Program-made: the position numbers and the translations under genes
Assembly (NCBI GenBank): GCA_965603515.1
Contig: CBFDDH010000007.1
Location: 1,231-65,230 of the forward strand
Length of the DNA: 64,000 bases
Direction: 5' to 3'
Source: an uncultured bacterium
GTDB taxonomy: Bacteria; Hydrothermota; Tepidihabitantia; SM23-42
Notes under the pieces: generated by a model
Databases searched by the model: none
Seen by the model: the letters and a program-made list of their open reading frames with translations, nothing else
Told to the model about the DNA's origin: nothing
In this document: positions 17,924-28,169 of the stretch, piece by piece
How positions within the stretch are numbered: the stretch's first letter is position 1
Layout of the letters: every line of letters starts with the position of its first letter

Positions 17924-19633
17924 TCAGTGTTTTATGATCTTGAACTTCTTGTCGATCGAAGGAAGAAAATATATACCCGAAGGTAACGACCTGCCATCGA
18001 TCACGATCGATCTTTCCAAATGCTTGTTATCGATAAGCATGCGCCGTCTTCCAGTAATATCGTATATTTCGATATATGATATTGGATCGGTTAACAATAG
18101 CGTAAACACGCTGCCGAAAGGATTAGGATATACCTGCGCGGTATAATCCAGTCTGTTCTGAATAAACTCATTAATGCCAACAGTAAGATAGAAATTGACG
18201 TCTGTTAATGGTTCAAGGGCTTCTAAATAGGAAGTCATTATCGTATCCGGTCCATACCCTCCCATATATGCGCAGATTTCATACTGCCACGGAAGGAGAC
18301 TGTCGAACACATAGCCTCCATCGCTTTGGGAATAGGTCGTGCAACAACTATAGAATGGTGGTTTTTCAACAACATCGATCAATGGCAATTGCTCGTGTAT
18401 TGCAGCGGTTAGTTGTGCTCCGGATAATGGTAATCCAACAGAGTCATACACATACCCACTAACGATACAACCAGGATAGTCATCATTGGATGATCCAAAT
18501 GTCGGTGTGCTGTCTATATACCAATCCTGCCGTTCATAATAACCTCCATACCCCATATTATAATAGAAGATATAGAATACCGATGCTGAATGCCCGGTCG
18601 GCGGTACAGGCATTTGACCTGGATAGAAAACTGTATCGCGGAACGGTATCATGGTCCATTCTGAGTACCCAAAAAACCACTGGATATCCATAAGTAGTTC
18701 CCACAGCGTGGACGTTCCATTTGTTAGCAGACCCAATTCAAAAGAAGTACCGAGCGTCTGATGAGAATCTCGATTGTCTGCAACACCGCAAAAGTAATTG
18801 TCATTACTATCTCTAAGCACTTCGATTCCAGAATCAGATGCAATGATACGATCCATCCAATTGTTCTCTCCACCATATTCAAAGTGCTTTCCATGCATGA
18901 ATGTTCCTGCCTCACCAACGATCGGACCCATATCGTTGTACCCATCCCCTGCAGGAAGGATACTGAAATACGGTCCGAAATCGAATCCACCAACGGTTGG
19001 ATCATGACACCATACATCCCCACCTTCTAAATACATAGTGCCGCCATTTTCAAGGTACTCTTTAAGCAAGAGCGCCTCAGTACTATTGGAATCAATTCTG
19101 TAGTTGTTTGGATATACGCCAAGACAAGCATAGATCGCCTTATAACGGTTTAGATATGGTGAAAGTGTGGCCAGATGATCACCAAAGAACATCATACCCA
19201 GACCAGAATCGATATTTATACCGGATTGGGGTGTTGGATCAGGATTCCAGACCAGGTAATCGAGTAGATTGCTGACTTCAATTGATCCACTGTCAATCGG
19301 TAATTGCCATATCCCCTGTACCATTGAACTACCGATCATGATGCGGCTACTGTCATATATTATAATCGATGTATCAACATAAGCTGTTCCAGATGGGGTA
19401 ATGATCTGAGTTCCGTAGATATCAAAAGGATTATTATATGCTGTATCACCGTGACCGGTCGCTACCCACCTGAATTCGAGATACTGAGAATCAAGTGGTT
19501 CAATTTGATACTCGTTTATAACTTCTGAATTCCACAAAATGGGGTTTCCAGATAACTGAATTATACTGATAAATATTATTAGAATGATGCGCTTCATTAC
19601 AATAAGGCCAATGTCTACGATACATCTATTCAT
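17924..19633 (-). CDS. Secreted multidomain protein with C-terminal sorting-type domain
   Basis: Signal-like MKRIILIIF (probable start near 19597); a ~200-aa module shared with 8586..11576; carboxypeptidase-regulatory-like VSGYVYD; C-terminal YPNPF..IYDITGR..SGIYF. Confidence 0.75.
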   Translation of the reverse strand: MNRCIVDIGLIVMKRIILIIFISIIQLSGNPILWNSEVINEYQIEPLDSQYLEFRWVATGHGDTAYNNPFDIYGTQIITPSGTAYVDTSIIIYDSSRIMIGSSMVQGIWQLPIDSGSIEVSNLLDYLVWNPDPTPQSGINIDSGLGMMFFGDHLATLSPYLNRYKAIYACLGVYPNNYRIDSNSTEALLLKEYLENGGTMYLEGGDVWCHDPTVGGFDFGPYFSILPAGDGYNDMGPIVGEAGTFMHGKHFEYGGENNWMDRIIASDSGIEVLRDSNDNYFCGVADNRDSHQTLGTSFELGLLTNGTSTLWELLMDIQWFFGYSEWTMIPFRDTVFYPGQMPVPPTGHSASVFYIFYYNMGYGGYYERQDWYIDSTPTFGSSNDDYPGCIVSGYVYDSVGLPLSGAQLTAAIHEQLPLIDVVEKPPFYSCCTTYSQSDGGYVFDSLLPWQYEICAYMGGYGPDTIMTSYLEALEPLTDVNFYLTVGINEFIQNRLDYTAQVYPNPFGSVFTLLLTDPISYIEIYDITGRRRMLIDNKHLERSIVIDGRSLPSGIYFLPSIDKKFKIIKH

Positions 19634-19692
19634 TTATACCCCGTCGTTGTTTGTATAATTATACAACTAAATAGGGATTTGTCAAGATTCAA

Positions 19693-21390
19693 CTATTCAT
19701 CGATTTTCACATGCAGGTCTTTCAACTGCTGCGGGGTTACTTGGTCAGGGATATTCTCCATCAAGCCCTGAGCTGTTGTAGTTTTGGGAAAAGCGATCAC
19801 TTCCCTGATCGATTTCAATCCCGCTAAGATCATTATAATACGATCAATGCCTGGTGCGATACCACCGTGAGGCGGCGCACCGTACTCAAGTGCATCGAGC
19901 AGCATTGTATATTTTGCCGGGTCCATCTTAACAATGCCAAATAGTTTCTCCTGGATCTGGCGATTATGATTTCTGATACTGCCTGAGGCAAGCTCATTGC
20001 CATTACACACCAGATCATAGAGCCGGCCGTGCACTTTCAAAGGGTCGGTGTCCAGGTATTTAATATCCTCTTGTTTTGGCTGGGAAAAAATGTGATGACA
20101 GGGAGCATATTTTTCTGTCTCTTTATCAAGTTCAAATAATGGAAAATCATATACCCATAAAAATTCAAAGCCTTGTTTATGTAATTTTAGTTTTGTAGCG
20201 ATGTCATTCCTCAAGGAACCTAGGAATGAAAAAACCTTGTTATCACCTGCTGATATGACTAATAAATCACCCTTTTCTAATTTTAATTCAGCAGCAATAT
20301 CTTCATCCATAAGTTTAGCAATGCTGCCGCTGAATTTCTCATCTCTTTTGCACCAGAAAATTCCAGCAAGACCCAACTCTTTTGCCTGTTCATTCAATGC
20401 ATCAAATTCCTTTCTTGAAATCGCACCACCATCTTTTATAACCAATCCCCTTATCTCTTGTTTATCCTTAAAGGGTGGGAAGTTTTTCTCTTTGAAAATC
20501 TCCTTCACATCTATTATCTCCATTTCAAAACGCAGATCTGGTTTATCAGTACCATATCTTTCTATTACCTGCTTATAGGTTAACCTAAGAAAAGGCGTAT
20601 TCAATTCCTGGTTTAAGACCGTCTTTAATATGTGAGCGAACATACCTTCGGCGATTTTGAATATATCATCTTCATCAACAAAAGACATCTCAATGTCAAT
20701 CTGGGTATGTTCGGGCTGCTTGTCATGTCTCGGGTCCTCGTCGCGCATGCACCGGGCGATTTGGTAGTAGCGTTCAAACCCTGCAACCATGAGAAGCTGC
20801 TTGTACATCTGCGGTGACTGGGCAAGCGCATAAAACTTGCCCTTGTACAACCTCGATGGCACAAGATAATCGCGCGCTCCTTCGGGCATAGACCGGGTCA
20901 ATATCGGTGTTTCGATCTCGATGAAATAATTCTTATTCAAGTACTCCCTCATTGCGGTGATGACCTGGTGCCGGAATATTATAGCTTGTTGCATTGGCTC
21001 TCGGCGCAAATCAAGGTAGCGGTAGCGCAATCTGAGGTCTTCATTGGCTTTGACATCACTTTCCACCACAAAAGGCGGCACCTTTGATTTACCGAGCACC
21101 TCAATCTTGCTAACCTCTAATTCAACATCACCGGTTGTCATCTTGGGGGTTTTCTGTGCATCAGGTCTTTCCCTCACCTTACCAAATACCTGAATACAAT
21201 CCTGTAAGCCTAATTCCTTTACACCAAGTATTACCTTGGGATCAATAACAATCTGGAGCGTCGCGGTGCGGTCTCTTAAATCCACAAAGACCAGGCCACC
21301 GAGATTCCTGATCCGGTCAACCCAACCGAATGCTTCGACTTCTTGACCTAGTTTATCTTTTTGCACCTGTTTCAGGAAAATCTTTTTGAT
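19693..21390 (-). CDS. aspS: Aspartyl-tRNA synthetase (bacterial type); start uncertain, GTG at 21366 or non-canonical near 21390
   Basis: GWVDRIRNLGG, LRYRYLDLRR, PEGARDYLVP, AQSPQMYKQ, PPHGGIAPG. Confidence 0.95.
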   Translation of the reverse strand: MKKIFLKQVQKDKLGQEVEAFGWVDRIRNLGGLVFVDLRDRTATLQIVIDPKVILGVKELGLQDCIQVFGKVRERPDAQKTPKMTTGDVELEVSKIEVLGKSKVPPFVVESDVKANEDLRLRYRYLDLRREPMQQAIIFRHQVITAMREYLNKNYFIEIETPILTRSMPEGARDYLVPSRLYKGKFYALAQSPQMYKQLLMVAGFERYYQIARCMRDEDPRHDKQPEHTQIDIEMSFVDEDDIFKIAEGMFAHILKTVLNQELNTPFLRLTYKQVIERYGTDKPDLRFEMEIIDVKEIFKEKNFPPFKDKQEIRGLVIKDGGAISRKEFDALNEQAKELGLAGIFWCKRDEKFSGSIAKLMDEDIAAELKLEKGDLLVISAGDNKVFSFLGSLRNDIATKLKLHKQGFEFLWVYDFPLFELDKETEKYAPCHHIFSQPKQEDIKYLDTDPLKVHGRLYDLVCNGNELASGSIRNHNRQIQEKLFGIVKMDPAKYTMLLDALEYGAPPHGGIAPGIDRIIMILAGLKSIREVIAFPKTTTAQGLMENIPDQVTPQQLKDLHVKIDE

Positions 21391-21398
21391 ATCATCTC

Positions 21399-23450
21399 CT
21401 AATTTTTCTCGCCCTCGATTACAATCCTTGAGAAATCGCCAAACTGCAGGAATATTCTATTAATCAAATGAACAAGGGCTAACCTATTCTTCTTTATTTT
21501 TTCATCCTCACACATTACCATCACATCATCAAAAAACTTATCAATGTCTGGCCGCATAGCCAGAAGAAAATCAAGTATCTTTGGATAATCACGCGCTTCA
21601 AACAGAGCGCTCAATTGTCCGTCGGTTTCCATGCCCTTTTTAAACAGCTTTTTCTCTGCACTCTGCTTGAATAATTCTGTGTTGACCTTGCCCAGTCCCT
21701 TCACATCTTTCAATATATTTCTAACCCTTTTCTGACCGATAACAAGCTTGGTGAATTCTGCTTTGCCGCTCATTTTCTTCAGTGCTGCGCACCTCATACG
21801 TGCATCAACAATATCGCCTTTCCAGCGCGCAAATACGGCATTGATCTCATCATATCGGTACTTCTTGTCCTGGAGATAACGGTTGCATCGCTCAGTGAAA
21901 AACTCAAACAAAATCTCGTGTTCAATATCCTTTTTATAGAGCTTTAAGAGTGCCTTGACTGCATTGAACAATGTTATGTCGAACGAATTAGTGTTTATTA
22001 AATTCACCACTGCATAACCATTCCTGCGCACTGCCAAGGGATCATATGAGCCGCTTGGACGATTACCACTTAAAAATGCACCGACAATATTATCGATCTT
22101 GTCAATTATCGACAGAACGACACCCTCTTTTGTACTAGGCATCTTGTCACCGGCAAACTTAGGTAAGTAGTGCTGCTTTATTGCAGACACAACTGCCATG
22201 TCTTCACCACTTGCTTTGGCATAATGTCCGCCCATAATACCCTGCAAAGAAGTAAAATCATTTTCCCGTATCATCTCAGACAGCAGATCGACCTTGCATA
22301 ATCGTGCTGCACGTTTCAATACATCTAAATCGAGTTCAGGAACTCCCTTGAAAAAATCCGCAAAATCGCTGAGGCGGATCGCTTTCTCGTAAAGGCTGCC
22401 CAAACCCTTTAGCCACATCATGCGCTTGGTTTGTGCTTCCATACGTACCAATCCCTGTTTCGAATCATTTTTGTAATAGAAAAGAGCATCGTACAGTTTT
22501 GAGCCGACAACAAGCGTATAGCCCTTCCTAACATTTTGTAAAGCCTTCTTCTTAGCGCTGAAAACACAAACAAACCGGTGCGTTGGCTTTAGCCAAATCA
22601 AATTGCCCTGATTTTTAAGCACCGTCGCTAACACTTCCTCTGGAAGATCGAGGTACTGCTCATTAAAGCCTGCGACTACTGCTTCAGGATATTCAGTTGT
22701 GCAGTTTATTTCTTCGATCATTTCATTGGTGTAAAGAGGTTTACCTTCAGTTTTTTCAACTGCCTTCTTAACGCGTTTGACAATGAGCTTCCGGCGCTCA
22801 TTTGGATCGACAACAACGCCACCGTGTCTCAGAAGATTTATGTATTCCCGCGGTTTTTCCAGACGTATTGATTTGAAAGAAAAGTGTTGATTACCAATTG
22901 AATGGCGGTCAGCGCGTACCCCAGCAAAGGTAAATTTAAGGGGTCGGCGGTCGAGTAGCGCAACGATCCACCGGATTGGTCTGGGGAATTTGACTCCCCC
23001 TTTAGTCCAGATCATTGTCCTGGGGAATTCCAGTGTCTTCAGGATTTTCGGTATTTCTTCATAGAGGATATCTTCAGTGTTTGCACCGACAATCTCTTTC
23101 TTTCCACAAACATATTCACCTTTTTTGACCTTCCTAACAACTATCTGGGAACGCTTTAGATCATTGGCTTTCATGAACCCTTTGAGCATTTGCGTTGGCT
23201 GATTCTGTTCATCAAACGCGAGTCTCTTGGGCGGCCCCTGAATTTCCACGACCTTAGGTTTTTGCCTCCTTGTCAAACCAAGAACAAGAACCCCGATGCG
23301 TCGTGGTGTGTAAATCGTACGCACTGAACGATGGAATATCCTCTCTCGGTTGAGAAGACCAACGACCTTGTCAGATAACTCATTGGCGGCTTTACTCAAG
23401 AATGCAGGCGGGAATTCTTCAAATCCGATTTCCAGAAGAAAATCAATCAT
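21399..23450 (-). CDS. glyS: Glycyl-tRNA synthetase beta subunit
   Basis: Start MIDFLLEIGFEEFP overlaps the glyQ stop (ATGA); TPRR, FPRPIRWIV, LQGIMGGHYA, GSYDPLAVRR, C-terminal DALR-type domain. Confidence 0.95.
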   Translation of the reverse strand: MIDFLLEIGFEEFPPAFLSKAANELSDKVVGLLNRERIFHRSVRTIYTPRRIGVLVLGLTRRQKPKVVEIQGPPKRLAFDEQNQPTQMLKGFMKANDLKRSQIVVRKVKKGEYVCGKKEIVGANTEDILYEEIPKILKTLEFPRTMIWTKGGVKFPRPIRWIVALLDRRPLKFTFAGVRADRHSIGNQHFSFKSIRLEKPREYINLLRHGGVVVDPNERRKLIVKRVKKAVEKTEGKPLYTNEMIEEINCTTEYPEAVVAGFNEQYLDLPEEVLATVLKNQGNLIWLKPTHRFVCVFSAKKKALQNVRKGYTLVVGSKLYDALFYYKNDSKQGLVRMEAQTKRMMWLKGLGSLYEKAIRLSDFADFFKGVPELDLDVLKRAARLCKVDLLSEMIRENDFTSLQGIMGGHYAKASGEDMAVVSAIKQHYLPKFAGDKMPSTKEGVVLSIIDKIDNIVGAFLSGNRPSGSYDPLAVRRNGYAVVNLINTNSFDITLFNAVKALLKLYKKDIEHEILFEFFTERCNRYLQDKKYRYDEINAVFARWKGDIVDARMRCAALKKMSGKAEFTKLVIGQKRVRNILKDVKGLGKVNTELFKQSAEKKLFKKGMETDGQLSALFEARDYPKILDFLLAMRPDIDKFFDDVMVMCEDEKIKKNRLALVHLINRIFLQFGDFSRIVIEGEKN

Positions 23451-24334
23451 CGCTTCACGCCTTTTTTGAGAACACTTTGTCCAGATATCTTTTGTCTGCA
23501 CAACTGCGCTACCTGACCAGCAAGCGCACGTACGCGTGCGATCATCTTGACTCGTTCAGAAATACTGATCGCACCCCGCGCCTCAAGAACATTAAAAATG
23601 TGCGAGCACTTAATAGTATAGTCATAACCAGGAAGGGGCAATCCCTTCTCAAAAAGCCGTACTGCTTCTGCTTCATACTGATTAAAAAGTGAAACGAGGA
23701 GTCTGGTATCAGCTGCCGAAAAATTGTATTCTGAAAACTCAATCTCATTTTGACGGTACACATCACCCCAGGTCAGTATATTGTTCCATTTCAAATCAAA
23801 AACAGATTCTACTCCCTGCAAGAGCATGGCGATCCTTTCTAGCCCATAACTGAGTTCAACGGGGATTTCTTCAAGCTCAAGGCCTCCGGCTTGTTGAAAA
23901 TAAGTGAACTGGGTTATTTCTAACCCATCAAGCCACACTTCCCAACCAAGCCCCCAAGCACCCAGAGTTGGCGCATCCCAATCTCCTTCTACGAACCTGA
24001 CTTCATGTTCTTTGAGCTTGAAACCGGTGCATTCAAGTGATTCCAGGAAAAACCGCTGTATGTCATCAGGTGCCGGCTGCATTATCACCTGGAGTTGATA
24101 GAACTGCTGAAAACGCAACGGGTTTTCAGCATACCGACCATCGCGTGGTCGCTTACAGATTTCCACGTAGCAGACATTCCAGGGCTTGTTATCGAGCACC
24201 CGGATAAAGGTCGCAGGGTTAAAAGTACCTGCACCAACTTCAGAGTTGTACGGTTGATAAAGCAGGCAACCCTTTTTTTGCCAGTATTTAGACAAATCAA
24301 GGATGATATTTTCAAAAGTGCGTAGCTTCTTCAT
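23447..24334 (-). CDS. glyQ: Glycyl-tRNA synthetase alpha subunit
   Basis: EVGAGTFNP, RPRDGRYAENP, WGLGWEVWLDGLEITQFTYFQQ, CSHIFNVLEARG. Confidence 0.98.
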   Translation of the reverse strand: MKKLRTFENIILDLSKYWQKKGCLLYQPYNSEVGAGTFNPATFIRVLDNKPWNVCYVEICKRPRDGRYAENPLRFQQFYQLQVIMQPAPDDIQRFFLESLECTGFKLKEHEVRFVEGDWDAPTLGAWGLGWEVWLDGLEITQFTYFQQAGGLELEEIPVELSYGLERIAMLLQGVESVFDLKWNNILTWGDVYRQNEIEFSEYNFSAADTRLLVSLFNQYEAEAVRLFEKGLPLPGYDYTIKCSHIFNVLEARGAISISERVKMIARVRALAGQVAQLCRQKISGQSVLKKGVKR

Positions 24335-24876
24335 AGACCTAAATCATCAGATATTTTCTGCATGCTGTGGAGACATACTTCAACAAAATCACTCAGTTCC
24401 AAGCCCAGATTATGACAGGTTTCAATCTGATCTCGGTTGGCTCCAGCAGCAAAACGTTTTTCCTTAAATCGCCTCAAGACAAAATCAATATCCAGGGATT
24501 TCAAGCTCTTGTCAGGATGCATGAGCGCTGATGCAACGATCAATCCGGTTAAAGGGTCAGTAGCAAACAGAGCCCAATCAAGCTTTGATTCTGGCGTCAG
24601 GTGACCAACATGGACTTTGATAGCATGGATAATATCCTCTTCAAGCCCCAGGGATTCAAGGTATTCAGCTCCAACTATGCCGTGTTTTAGCGGTTCATCC
24701 TTGGTCTCCTCGTAGTCAATATCGTGGAGTAAACCAGTTAAAGCCCATTTTTCGACATCTTCACCGAATTTTGCCGCCAGTTCTGCTAAGCAGGATTCAG
24801 TTGCTAGACAATGCTTGAAAAGGTTGCTATTCTTCAATTTCTCGCGCAGTATACGGATTCCATGGTCTCTAGTCAT
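24331..24876 (-). CDS. HD/HDIG-domain phosphohydrolase
   Basis: KHC..GLLHDID..HG..H..D HD pattern. Confidence 0.85.
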   Translation of the reverse strand: MTRDHGIRILREKLKNSNLFKHCLATESCLAELAAKFGEDVEKWALTGLLHDIDYEETKDEPLKHGIVGAEYLESLGLEEDIIHAIKVHVGHLTPESKLDWALFATDPLTGLIVASALMHPDKSLKSLDIDFVLRRFKEKRFAAGANRDQIETCHNLGLELSDFVEVCLHSMQKISDDLGL

Positions 24877-24966
24877 AGAAATTAATTATGCATATTTTTG
24901 GAAAAATGTCAAGGAAAATCTTCTCCGCAGAAGTAATCGGCAAAGCATTTATTGAGTTATTAAGTT

Positions 24967-25182
24967 ATTGGAACCTTTGAATCCCAAGGGGATTGGAAGT
25001 TAGCACTACGTGCTGGAAAGGAGCTGACGCTGGAAGTTAGCACTACGTGCTGGAACAGTCTTAATTCCCTTCATTTCAGATTATTCCATTCGAAGAATCC
25101 ATTCCAGTGTGAAACACTCATTTCCATACGAAGTATCCCTTCTATGCTCAGCATCATTCATTAGGTAATTGAGTCATTCTCT
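24967..25182. repeat. Composite direct repeat, left copy, upstream of the patatin gene
   Basis: ATTGGAACCTTTGAAT, GTGCTGGAAAGGAGCTGACGCTGGAAG and CTTCTATGCT.AGCATCATTCATTAGGTAA recur in the same order at 26194-26388; internal 25-nt exact repeat at 24994 and 25031. Confidence 0.8.
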
Positions 25183-25374
25183 GGCGAGCTTGTCCTGAGT
25201 TATATGTCGAAGGGACCAGGGAATCCAGTCTCTCCAACAGAGTGTGTTCTCCGTTTCACCGTTTCTCCCAGTCACCGTTTCATGTATTTCACCGAGGCGC
25301 TCTACGCCCTACTCCCTACCTCCTACTGCCAATTATGGCGGTTGATTTCTTATGAAATCCTGCTATAATGAACA

Positions 25375-26178
25375 ATGCTCGCTCTTGTACTCGGTGGTGG
25401 TGCAGCAAAAGGATATGCCCATATCGGAGTTCTTAAAGTCCTGGATGAAATGGGGATAAAACCCGATATCATTATAGGTGCCAGCATGGGTGCTTTAATT
25501 GGAGGTTTTGCTGCTGCTGGTTTCAGTACTCAGGAAATCGAAGATATTTCTGTTCGAGTAGATAAAAAGAAGAAAAAATGGCTATTTAAACTCCACTTGT
25601 CAAAAAAGGGATTTGTTGATGGTAAAAATGTCGTAAAATACCTAAATACCTATTTAGGCGGCAAGAAAATCGAAGAATTACCAGTAAAATTCTGCTGTAT
25701 CGCGACGGATATTGAAGAGAATTGCCAGATTGTCATTGACAAAGGCAATCTCGTCCAAGGCATCAGAGCAGCCATATCAATCCCTGGCGTGTTCATGGCA
25801 TACAAATATGCAGGTCATGTGCTTATTGATGGTGGTTTTGTAAACCCTGTACCTATTGGCGTTGCCCAGGAACTTGGTGCAAAAAAGGTTATTGCGGTCA
25901 ATGTCCTGCGCCGGGTTGACTACAAAACAAATATCCTCACGTCAAAAACGCCATCAAATAAAACATATACTATTAAAAAGGTGCTTGTAGAAACTATTGA
26001 CTATGCAACATCAAAGTTGATTGACCACGAACTTCTGAACATGGGAGATGGCATCTTAATGAATCTTAATACTAGAGGGATTGGATTGAGCCATTTTGAA
26101 AAAGCCCGTGAGGCAATTGACCTGGGTTATAAACAAGCCCAAAAATACTGCAAAGCCCTGGAACGATTTAAGCATTAG
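25375..26178 (+). CDS. Patatin-like phospholipase
   Basis: GGGAAKG oxyanion motif, GASMG nucleophile elbow, DGG. Confidence 0.93.
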   Translation: MLALVLGGGAAKGYAHIGVLKVLDEMGIKPDIIIGASMGALIGGFAAAGFSTQEIEDISVRVDKKKKKWLFKLHLSKKGFVDGKNVVKYLNTYLGGKKIEELPVKFCCIATDIEENCQIVIDKGNLVQGIRAAISIPGVFMAYKYAGHVLIDGGFVNPVPIGVAQELGAKKVIAVNVLRRVDYKTNILTSKTPSNKTYTIKKVLVETIDYATSKLIDHELLNMGDGILMNLNTRGIGLSHFEKAREAIDLGYKQAQKYCKALERFKH

Positions 26179-26193
26179 GCTAAAAAAGAAGTC

Positions 26194-26388
26194 ATTGGAA
26201 CCTTTGAATACTAACGGATTGGAAGAGAGCACTGCGTGCTGGAAAGGAGCTGACGCTGGAAGGGAGCTGCGCTGGAATAATATTTGATCTTTTTTATTTC
26301 CATCATCATAACTTCATATCTTCACAACTTCATTCATTAATCCTCTTCTATGCTTAGCATCATTCATTAGGTAACTAAGTAATTCTCT
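26194..26388. repeat. Composite direct repeat, right copy, downstream of the patatin gene
   Basis: Diverged copy of 24967-25182. Confidence 0.8.
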
Positions 26389-26510
26389 CACCTACGTTCA
26401 TCTCGCTACCCTCGATATCTTCGACGAGATCTTCGATAAGTTATTAAGTTATTTGTAGCTTGGTTCTTGGGATTTGGAGCTTGTTTCCTGGTAGTCACCC
26501 TTTTTTTTGC

Positions 26511-27425
26511 TTAGAATTTAACGACAAAATCTATATAGGGAAAACCCGGCAAAATCATATCCTCGCCAATGGTATTTAGAAGACCAAGGTCTACGCTCAG
26601 TTTTTCACCGAAGAAACGAATTCCCAGTGAAACCAAGGGTTGATCTATACCGGGAGTCATCCAGTTTTCACTCACCAGAGATATTCTCCTTGAGATTCGA
26701 TGTTGTCCGCCAAGCATGAGCAATGGAGTATCATCGAATTCCCAATCAACATACCCAAAACCGATTCCCGCGGTAAGGTTACTATTCGCACTGCCGACCG
26801 TGCCAACTCCATAGCATATTCCCACAGTTGCATTAGATTCGTCATCAAAAGAAGGTATTTTTACTAGTAATGCACCTCCAGCAAGACTAAAATTTTCTAC
26901 TATATTAAAACCCACTTTGGGCATGAAATAGAAAAGATTGTTCTCTATGCCTATCCATGGGAATATTGAAGCACCGCCGGCGATCGTGATATTATCGGTA
27001 ATACCAAAGGCGAGCATCGGGAAAAAAAGATAGTAGTCGGCAAAATAACCTTCACCACCTTTTAGGCAACGTGCTGTCGGCGCAAACAATAATCGCGTAT
27101 CATTTGGGTTTGGGAACCAGTATGTACCGCCGACAAAATGTGAAATTGGCACTTCTTTTATTTCTTCTATTTTAAATATCTCGATAATGATAATCCCAAG
27201 ATCAGTTTCGAATTGTATTTTATCGTCCTCGATCTCGGTAATACGCCCCATGATTATTGAGCCATCGAGTGTCTTGATGTTTTGAACATAACCGGTATCA
27301 GGGATTCTTATCGTACCTTTAATTTCGCTTGATTCTTGTGCATACGCTTTTCCTCTTGGGTATATTATGTTACAAATGCATAAACATATTATAATGGGTA
27401 TTACAATTGATTTGCAATCTCTCAT
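26511..27425 (-). CDS. Hypothetical secreted protein, probable C-terminal beta-barrel
   Basis: GGAGGAGG RBS before ATG at 27425; alternating beta pattern ending in Phe. Confidence 0.65.
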   Translation of the reverse strand: MRDCKSIVIPIIICLCICNIIYPRGKAYAQESSEIKGTIRIPDTGYVQNIKTLDGSIIMGRITEIEDDKIQFETDLGIIIIEIFKIEEIKEVPISHFVGGTYWFPNPNDTRLLFAPTARCLKGGEGYFADYYLFFPMLAFGITDNITIAGGASIFPWIGIENNLFYFMPKVGFNIVENFSLAGGALLVKIPSFDDESNATVGICYGVGTVGSANSNLTAGIGFGYVDWEFDDTPLLMLGGQHRISRRISLVSENWMTPGIDQPLVSLGIRFFGEKLSVDLGLLNTIGEDMILPGFPYIDFVVKF

Positions 27426-27527
27426 TTTTCCTCCTCCAATTATTATATTACGCCTTGGTATGAAGTCAAGAGTACTTGACAAAGTCACAGTTATTCCATA
27501 TATTCATAGCAGAAAGGAGAAAAAGAA

Positions 27528-28169
27528 ATGAAAGTAAAGAGAAATGGACTGATTTCATATTTTGGTTTTGCCTTAGTTATATTGGCGATTTTAATAGGAT
27601 GTAGCAAGAAAGTCATGGTTCCACCCCGGATCGATCTTAGCGATCATGAAATTGTCGGTATTATAGAATTCTCATGCTCAGAAAACGGAAAACTCGCTTC
27701 CCTGACAACGAGCAGGTTTATGGAATCTGCCCGACGGGATCAGGGCATGATCCGTATTATCGATCTCGGTACTGAGGCTGAGGTACTCAAAAAGATCGGC
27801 CACAATAAATTAAACCAGGAAGCATTCATTGAAATCGGTGAAAAATACGAAGTCGCCACTATCTTTACGGGTAAACTTATCATCTCAGATGTCAGACCCG
27901 ATATCATGATAACCCCGGGATTAGGTTATATGGGTTTTGGTGCTGAGGTCGATGCAACCCTCAGTGCACAGATGATAGAAACAGTAACCGGTGCGTCGAT
28001 ATGGAACAATTCCGGGAGTGCAACAAGAAGTGTCGGTCATGTAAGCATTTTTGGAGGTCACGCTTTTGCCTTTGATGCTGAAGATCCTGATAAAGCTTAT
28101 GGCAAGCTCGTTGATGAACTAGTCGATAGAGTTACCAGGGATTTACAAGTCACCTGGGAACGACAGTAG
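27528..28169 (+). CDS. Lipoprotein (CsgG/penicillin-binding-activator-like fold possible)
   Basis: Lipobox LIGC; AGAAAGGAG RBS; ETVTGASIW motif typical of this fold. Confidence 0.6.
   Translation: MKVKRNGLISYFGFALVILAILIGCSKKVMVPPRIDLSDHEIVGIIEFSCSENGKLASLTTSRFMESARRDQGMIRIIDLGTEAEVLKKIGHNKLNQEAFIEIGEKYEVATIFTGKLIISDVRPDIMITPGLGYMGFGAEVDATLSAQMIETVTGASIWNNSGSATRSVGHVSIFGGHAFAFDAEDPDKAYGKLVDELVDRVTRDLQVTWERQ

Noticed and set aside
24994-25055. 25-nt exact direct repeat as a mini CRISPR array
   Set aside because: Only two copies, a 12-nt spacer, no cas genes, and it is part of a larger dispersed repeat.
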